From: Bacteroidales bacterium
Lineage (GTDB): Bacteria; Bacteroidota; Bacteroidia; Bacteroidales; UBA4181
Assembly: GCA_031271175.1 (NCBI GenBank)
Contig: JAISWE010000099.1
Location: 30,639 to 94,638, forward strand
DNA: 64,000 nucleotides
Reading direction: 5' to 3'
Made by a program: the position numbers and the translations under genes. The notes beneath the pieces are model-generated. The model worked only from the letters and a program-made list of their open reading frames with translations. It did not search any database and was not told the DNA's origin. Below, in pieces: positions 58,229 through 64,000 of the stretch; position 1 is the first letter of the stretch, and the number at the start of each line of letters is the position of its first letter.

Positions 58229-58271
58229 TATTTATATTCATTAAAATTCAGAAACATTCTCGCCCTTATCA

Positions 58272-60206
58272 TCAATTTTTCCGAGGCAGGAACCAGTTAT
58301 TGGGCGTAATGCTGGGCGCCGCCTTACCTGCTTTCTCAAACTTTTTGCGCAGCATCTCGTTCAGATAAATCGTTCCCGTGCCGTCATCTTTATTTTTGCG
58401 GAGGGCAATGCGCAGCATGTCTCCCCACCGGTGCCCTTCAAAGCCGCACTCCAAAGCGGCTTCCGTCAGCAACGCTTCTTCTACCCACTGGATGGAATCG
58501 GCTTTGTTGAGCACCCAATCAGGCTTGGCAACGTTTTGCAGATATACCCGATAACGCAAACCGTTAGATCTGTACCAGGGGGACGTAAAACGCGTATATT
58601 GGTGAAAAGAATTTATGTCACTATTGAAGCGGGCGTCCAGATAGAAAGGATACGGATACGGGACGGAGGGCGTAAGGGCGTCCACCGGACGATAACCGCT
58701 GTACTGTATTCCTTCCACATTACTGCCGCTGCCTCCCCATGGCAAGCCCTCGAAGTTAGACCAGTTGTAGGCGGAACGAACGCCGCCGCTGTTCAGCAAG
58801 GCCAGCGCCAAATCGGGATAGCCGGAACGGTTGGCCGCTTCGGCATAGCGCAGGTGCAACAATCCGGCGCGATAAATAAACCATTTGCCCGCCAGCAGAT
58901 TTTCCTGTTTATTGGACGCATAGTCCAGACGTATCATCCTTCCGTCCGACAAACGCGGATAGTAATCATACAGATATTTAATGACCACCGGGTCTCCGTT
59001 CACATGGTCAAACGACGATTCACGCCCGCGCCCGTCATACTGTACGTTGTTGCCGCGCTGTATTTGCGCTTCCCACAAATCATCTATCGCATGTTGGGAG
59101 GGTTTCAGCCGGTATTTGCCTTTGCCCGTATTGGCAAACAATTCTATCAACGGATACTGAATGGCAAAATTCGACTTGTATTCAAACATGTTGATCATTT
59201 CCGCCCCCAATTGGGAGTCGGTAGAGGCGCGAGAAAAGATCTCTTTCCATTTGTTGCCGAAACTCACTATATCTTGCGCCTTGTAGCGGTCATAACTGAT
59301 ATAAAAGAACGGTTGGCTGGACAGGTAAAAGTCGTAATCGCACGCCGCCTTATAAATCAATGTAGCGCCGTTGTTCAACCATGCCTTTTTTTCCGCTTCG
59401 TTGATCACCTCGTAGTATTGTGCGGCAGCTTCTTCATAGCGGTTGCTGTACAGGAGGATATCCCCAAAGACCATGTGTTTGTTCAGCAGCATCATCTTCA
59501 GGTTGACGTTCTGCGTTTGGGCGCTTGTTGCGGCAAAAATCGGCGAACTCACCACCACTTCCAAGGTGGGCAAAGCCTGCATGGCTTCCCGCAATTTCTC
59601 CAAAACCTGTTCATAGCTCAGGATAGGGAAACGTGAAGCGTCTTTCAAATCTTCTACGGTCACAAACGGTTCGGTGATGTAGGGGATGTTCCCGAAATGA
59701 ATAGCCAGTTGCAGATACACCCAGCTGCGTACGGTCATCACATCCGCATAACGAAAGTCGTAATTGTCCTTGCTCAGTTTGTTTTCACTTTTCATGTAGT
59801 CAAAATTCGCCAATGCATCGTTGCAATTGAGAATCACTTCATAAAAAGGCGACAAGTCGCAGTAGGCATTATCCGGCGTGGCGTTGTGGTCGTTGATTGC
59901 CGTCTGGTCTGAGGTGGCATTCACGGTAACGTCCATCAAATCGCCCCGCAGTTCGTTCAGTACGACGACTTCGTCCACCAGTTCCATCAATTTGCCGTAA
60001 ATGCCCAGGATAAGATTGTCGGCGTCGTTGAAGGTGTTATAATTGTCGCTCGCTTCCACGGCATTTTTATCCGGCGCGTCGAGCATTTTATCGCAAGAGG
60101 CAAAAACAAGCAGTAACCCCACTCCTATCCCGCTCCATAATGCGGAAGAAAACAGCCTGCAGGCTTTATTTTTTTTGAAAAACATCTTTTCCATTTTTAT
60201 TCTCAT
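58272..60206 (-). CDS. SusD/RagB family lipoprotein (pair 5)
   Basis: Lipobox LLVFASCDKMLDAPD. SusD-like TPR body. C-terminal region HRWGDMLRIALR. The start may be at 60194 or 60185 instead. Confidence 0.85.
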   Translation of the reverse strand: MRIKMEKMFFKKNKACRLFSSALWSGIGVGLLLVFASCDKMLDAPDKNAVEASDNYNTFNDADNLILGIYGKLMELVDEVVVLNELRGDLMDVTVNATSDQTAINDHNATPDNAYCDLSPFYEVILNCNDALANFDYMKSENKLSKDNYDFRYADVMTVRSWVYLQLAIHFGNIPYITEPFVTVEDLKDASRFPILSYEQVLEKLREAMQALPTLEVVVSSPIFAATSAQTQNVNLKMMLLNKHMVFGDILLYSNRYEEAAAQYYEVINEAEKKAWLNNGATLIYKAACDYDFYLSSQPFFYISYDRYKAQDIVSFGNKWKEIFSRASTDSQLGAEMINMFEYKSNFAIQYPLIELFANTGKGKYRLKPSQHAIDDLWEAQIQRGNNVQYDGRGRESSFDHVNGDPVVIKYLYDYYPRLSDGRMIRLDYASNKQENLLAGKWFIYRAGLLHLRYAEAANRSGYPDLALALLNSGGVRSAYNWSNFEGLPWGGSGSNVEGIQYSGYRPVDALTPSVPYPYPFYLDARFNSDINSFHQYTRFTSPWYRSNGLRYRVYLQNVAKPDWVLNKADSIQWVEEALLTEAALECGFEGHRWGDMLRIALRKNKDDGTGTIYLNEMLRKKFEKAGKAAPSITPNNWFLPRKN

Positions 60207-60218
60207 TATAATTATTTT

Positions 60219-63200
60219 TTACAATCCAAGTTTAATTCCAAACATGAAAGAACGCGGTTGCGGCGTCATCCCCACATCTACGCCGTAATACAGCGGGCTT
60301 TGCATGGCGCTGAATTCGGGATCATATCCCAAATATTTGGTCAGCGTGAAGAGGTTCAATCCGGTGGCATACACTTGTATTCCGCGGAAAAAACGAATTT
60401 TCAAAGGAATATCATAAGATATGGACAAGCTTTTCAGTCTCAGGTACGACCCGTCTTCTATCCAGCGGTCGGAAAAACGGGAATTACCTGCCGGGTCGCC
60501 CCACACCGCTTTCGGCGCTGTGGTGACATGTCCTTCCTTGCTCCACCGGTTGGCGATATTTGCCGTTTGGTTGTCGAACCCGATCATGGATTCGGCGTCT
60601 GCCCGAATGGAGTTATAGATGTCATTCCCAATGGAATAGGTGAACACCGCATTCAATGTCAGCCGTTTCCACTGCATCCGATTGACAATAGAGCCGTACC
60701 AATCGGGGTTGGGGTCGCCAATTATGGTCATATCCGCTTCGTCAATGATCTTGTCGGTGTTTTGATTCACGAAACGGACGTCGCCTGCCGTAAACGGGAT
60801 CAACACGCTTCCGTCGCCTCTGGCACTTAAGCCTGCCGCGTCCGCTTCCACCGTAGTGGCATATACGCCATTGGTTTGGTATCCGTAAAACAGCCCGATC
60901 GGTTGTCCCACTTTCGTAAGAATATTGGCGCCGGCTATGTTGGTGATGCTTTCTTCGGATAGTTCGGTCACCTCGTTTTTATATTTCGCTATGTTCACGC
61001 CCAAATCCCACTTGAACGCACGGTCGATAATACGTCCCTGTATCCCTACTTCAAAGCCCGTATTTTTCATAGCGCCGTCATTCGCCGCATAAGTGGTGAT
61101 CCCCGCATAATCCTTATTCTGTTTCCAGTTCAGCATGTCGTTGGTTTTATTGTAGAACACATCCAACGTCACTGCCAGTCTTTCATTGAACAATGCCGCA
61201 TCCACACCCGCGTTAAATTTGTTCACCGTTTCCCATTTCAGGGCGGGATTGGCGATGTTGCCACGCACCAACCCTTGACTGCCGATAATGGACTGCGGCA
61301 CATACAGCGATCGCACGCTGTAATTGCCGATGCCGTCGTTGCCTGTAACGGAATATCCCACACGCAGTTTCAGCAACTCTATGATATTCGTTCCGAACAT
61401 AAAATTTTCGGACGAAATCAGCCATGCTCCGGTAATGGAGGGGAATAGTCCGAACACGTTGTCGCCCATCTTGATGCCGTCCGCTTCTTTGCCGAAACGG
61501 GAAGAGCCGTCCAAAGCCATGTTGTAGGACAGGAAATAGCGGTTGAGGTAGCTGTATTCTCCGTTCAAATAGAACGACAGCCATTTCCAGTCGCCCAGGA
61601 TACCCGATGTGGAAGCCAGTTCCAGCTTGCCGTTGCCTACGGTGTGCATATCGTCGCTGGACGAGTTAAAGGCGTTCAGTGCGTCGCTTTCCAGACTGTT
61701 GGTCTGGAAACGTCCTCCCAGATAAGCCCTCACGCTATGTTTGCGGTCAAAATCGCGGTGATAGCCTACGTGTGCATCCAGATAATATTGCAGGTAGCGC
61801 GACACGTTGGCTATCATTTCGTTGGTCACTACGGCGGAAGGCAGCAAATCATGCGCCAAGCCTCCTTCGGGCAGGAAAATATTTTCGCGCGCCTTATCAA
61901 AGGTAACGCCGAAGGTGATGTCCAAATCCAAATAATCGTTCAACGCTGCATTAGCGCCTATGTTTCCGAAGAAACGGTATGCTTTGTTTTCCAGCGTGGT
62001 ACCTTCGCCCGTCAAGGCTGTCGGGTTGCTCACCCCGAATATGTCGGCGTTCTCCAAATTAGGCGTAAGGATGCCCGTTTCGTTATAGACGTAGGAGGTG
62101 GTGATGGGTGATTTTCTCAAACCTATCGTTATCGGGTTGAATGGCGACAAGCCTTCGTTCGCCAGCGAGCGGTTGCTGTAGGCGAAGTTCATGTTGCTGC
62201 GCATTTTCAACCATTTCACCACATAAAGTTCGGAATTGAACTGTGTGTTGTAGCGGGAAAAGCCCGTATTTTCAACAATCCCGTCATGATTCAGGAACCC
62301 CACGGACAAAGCGTACAGGGCAATGTCGTCTCCTCCTTTGATACTCAGGGAATAATTCTGGCTCACGCTGTTGCGGAATACTTCTTTTTGCCAGTCGGTA
62401 TCATGGTTGTAGCGGTAGTAATCGTAATTGCCTTCTACGCCCCATTTTTCCCGTACCGGTATTTCCTGACTCATGTAAGGCAATGCCTGTATCTCCCGGG
62501 ATGTATATCTCCCGCTTGTGGTCAGCATCTCGCTCAGATAGGAACGGTATTGAAAGGCGTTCATCATCCGGTATGGGTTGGACAATCCTTGGTTCAATCC
62601 CCCGTAAGCATGTACGTCGATAATGGTTGCCTGCTCCGTCGCTTTGGCGGTTTTTATCAGCAGCGCGCCGTTTGCCGCCTTGCTCCCGTAAATGGACGCC
62701 GCATCTTTCAGCACCGTAATGCTTTCGATGTCTTTCACGTCAATCCCCGTAAGCGGCGTAATATAGTTCCCGTCGATGCTCGAAGGCGAGGTCAGCGAGT
62801 TCTCGAAAGGCACCCCGTCAATGACGATCAGCGGCTGGGTGGAGGCATAAATAGAATTGAAGCCCCTCACGTACATGTTCCCGCCCGCTCCGAACATGCC
62901 CGAACGCAAAACAGTATTGACGCCCAATCCTTCGTCCTGTAACAAATTTTCGGGAGACACAACGGTCTTCTTATAATTATCATTATTAGAGAGAACAGAA
63001 AGAGCGGCTGTGCTTTTTATCCAGTCTTTTTCTCCAAACGGGTCGTCAGCTTTCTTGTACACGGTCTTGAACGACTCGTCGTGTAAGCTGATCACCAATT
63101 CCTGTTTCTTTTCCACCTCGTCGAGGGGAATGGCGGTATACATGCCCTCCACATTTTTCCAGTAAAGAATAACATACTCTTTGCGCAACAGCACTTCCTT

Positions 63201-63479
63201 ATAGGCATAGCCCGGTACGCTTAACTGCAAAACATCGCCTACTTCGCCCTGACTCAGCACAAAACGTCCTTCATCGTCCGTAATGGCAGAAGCAATACCC
63301 GGAATACTCAGCGCCACGCCGGGTATCGGCAGGCCCGTTTCCGAAGAAAGCACTATGCCGTTCACCACAGGACCGCTCGCCACAGGGTCGCTCGGTTGCT
63401 GTTCTTCCTGTGCCCAAATCCCCCATGAGAAAACGGCGAAGCACACACACCATACACACTTTTTCATTGTTGCTGTCAT
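60219..63479 (-). CDS. SusC/RagA family TonB-linked outer-membrane transporter (pair 5)
   Basis: Signal CFAVFSWGIWAQ. Carboxypeptidase-like domain (VNGIVLSSETGLPIPGVALSIPG...DDEGRFVL), plug (VRGFNSIYASTQPLIVIDGVPFE) and a large barrel. Confidence 0.9.
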   Translation of the reverse strand: MTATMKKCVWCVCFAVFSWGIWAQEEQQPSDPVASGPVVNGIVLSSETGLPIPGVALSIPGIASAITDDEGRFVLSQGEVGDVLQLSVPGYAYKEVLLRKEYVILYWKNVEGMYTAIPLDEVEKKQELVISLHDESFKTVYKKADDPFGEKDWIKSTAALSVLSNNDNYKKTVVSPENLLQDEGLGVNTVLRSGMFGAGGNMYVRGFNSIYASTQPLIVIDGVPFENSLTSPSSIDGNYITPLTGIDVKDIESITVLKDAASIYGSKAANGALLIKTAKATEQATIIDVHAYGGLNQGLSNPYRMMNAFQYRSYLSEMLTTSGRYTSREIQALPYMSQEIPVREKWGVEGNYDYYRYNHDTDWQKEVFRNSVSQNYSLSIKGGDDIALYALSVGFLNHDGIVENTGFSRYNTQFNSELYVVKWLKMRSNMNFAYSNRSLANEGLSPFNPITIGLRKSPITTSYVYNETGILTPNLENADIFGVSNPTALTGEGTTLENKAYRFFGNIGANAALNDYLDLDITFGVTFDKARENIFLPEGGLAHDLLPSAVVTNEMIANVSRYLQYYLDAHVGYHRDFDRKHSVRAYLGGRFQTNSLESDALNAFNSSSDDMHTVGNGKLELASTSGILGDWKWLSFYLNGEYSYLNRYFLSYNMALDGSSRFGKEADGIKMGDNVFGLFPSITGAWLISSENFMFGTNIIELLKLRVGYSVTGNDGIGNYSVRSLYVPQSIIGSQGLVRGNIANPALKWETVNKFNAGVDAALFNERLAVTLDVFYNKTNDMLNWKQNKDYAGITTYAANDGAMKNTGFEVGIQGRIIDRAFKWDLGVNIAKYKNEVTELSEESITNIAGANILTKVGQPIGLFYGYQTNGVYATTVEADAAGLSARGDGSVLIPFTAGDVRFVNQNTDKIIDEADMTIIGDPNPDWYGSIVNRMQWKRLTLNAVFTYSIGNDIYNSIRADAESMIGFDNQTANIANRWSKEGHVTTAPKAVWGDPAGNSRFSDRWIEDGSYLRLKSLSISYDIPLKIRFFRGIQVYATGLNLFTLTKYLGYDPEFSAMQSPLYYGVDVGMTPQPRSFMFGIKLGL

Positions 63480-63508
63480 AAGTCTAAATTATAATGTATT
63501 AATATTTA

Positions 63509-64000
63509 TCACTCTGCAGGTAAAACGGGTACTAATTTAATGTAATCCACAAAAAGCCAACCCTGCCACAACACGCTTTCATTCCGGTCATTTTTAGTGG
63601 TATTTGCCACCCACATGGTCAATGTCCCGTTGCGCGGCACTTTCATCACTTCCGCATCCGGCGCACTGATCGGATGCTGTATAAACTGCGGCAATCGGCT
63701 ACGAGTCGTTGTGGTCAATTTACCATAGTCCACATACGCATTGGCAGTGCTCGTATTGCGGGTATAATAGGTGTCCGTAAATTTCAACCGCCATTTGCGC
63801 ATTTTGCGCTCCTTGTGGATACCGGCGGTATCCACCGACACAAAACAGGTATCCGGCCCCAGATAATTATTCTCAATAGCATTTACACTCCACACCGTTG
63901 TTTGATCGGCAACAGAGGCTACATCCGCCGGACGGGTCGCCGCCGGCGGCGGGGTCGACGCCGAATTGCCGTGTCTCAGCAACGGCGCATCCGGCATGGA
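63509..64000 (-). CDS. 3' part of an unassigned protein (open to the window edge)
   Basis: The frame stays open through 64000. The C-terminus ...TLTMWVANTTKNDRNESVLWQGWLFVDYIKLVPVLPAE looks beta-rich, possibly a carbohydrate-binding-like module, but I recognise no motif. Confidence 0.5.
   Translation of the reverse strand, partial: SMPDAPLLRHGNSASTPPPAATRPADVASVADQTTVWSVNAIENNYLGPDTCFVSVDTAGIHKERKMRKWRLKFTDTYYTRNTSTANAYVDYGKLTTTTRSRLPQFIQHPISAPDAEVMKVPRNGTLTMWVANTTKNDRNESVLWQGWLFVDYIKLVPVLPAE

Noticed and set aside
18798-59636. Many long antisense ORFs opposite SusC, SusD and enzyme genes. Examples: 18798-19631, 20992-21897, 21982-22881, 24966-25754, 31134-32072, 33063-34199, 37488-38597, 44354-45316, 45464-46519, 46617-47579, 48651-49463, 52706-53683, 56762-57661, 58431-59636
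   Set aside because: Each lies fully inside a confidently assigned minus-strand gene. Their compositions are Arg/Gly/Val/His-rich shadow-frame compositions and no family motifs are present.

Overview
This is a chromosomal segment from a Bacteroidota (Bacteroidia-like) organism that has a type IX secretion system (T9SS). All domain calls are motif recognition by eye from the ORF translations; no searches were run.

Layout:
- 1-14.5 kb: housekeeping genes (rsmI, folD, a CDP-alcohol phosphatidyltransferase plus GtrA pair, metY, pnp, rpsO). These are interleaved with a three-gene operon of T9SS type B cargo, PorP/SprF and a PD40-PKD protein. There is also a 1.2-kb repeat-dense non-coding gap (9333-10544) holding an 11-12 copy tandem array of 40-42 bp units.
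- 14.7-64 kb: an almost uninterrupted minus-strand glycan-utilisation superlocus with five SusC/SusD pairs.
  - Block 1 (40558 down to 14686): sulfatase, then three tandem SusC/SusD pairs with DUF1735-like, Big_2/CBM and discoidin accessory lipoproteins, a GH38-like enzyme and a BNR/Asp-box protein with a T9SS C-terminal domain (CTD).
  - Block 2 (50884 down to 41779): IPT/NHL lipoprotein, SusC, SusD, DUF4361-like protein, Big_2-GH43.
  - Block 3 (63479 down to 51932): SusC, SusD, a small orphan ORF, a 1880-aa T9SS-secreted PL1-like pectate lyase with duplicated unknown modules, and a small lipoprotein.

I saw no rRNA, tRNA, CRISPR array, intact transposase or integrase, PUL regulator (HTCS, SusR, ECF sigma/anti-sigma), or recognisable defence or toxin system. 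I cannot point to a clearly novel multi-gene system.

Strongest leads:
1. A ~390-bp promoter/leader/start-codon module present twice (40461-40852 and 51198-51582). One copy forms a chimeric 5' end on the sulfatase gene, next to a decayed PD-(D/E)XK (Rpn-type) transposase and a duplicated sulfatase 5' fragment.
2. A 356-bp tract that is 98% identical between the 5' ends of two otherwise divergent SusC genes 12.8 kb apart.
3. The giant T9SS pectate lyase carrying two copies of an unassigned alpha/beta module.
4. The phased A/T-tract tandem array upstream of metY.
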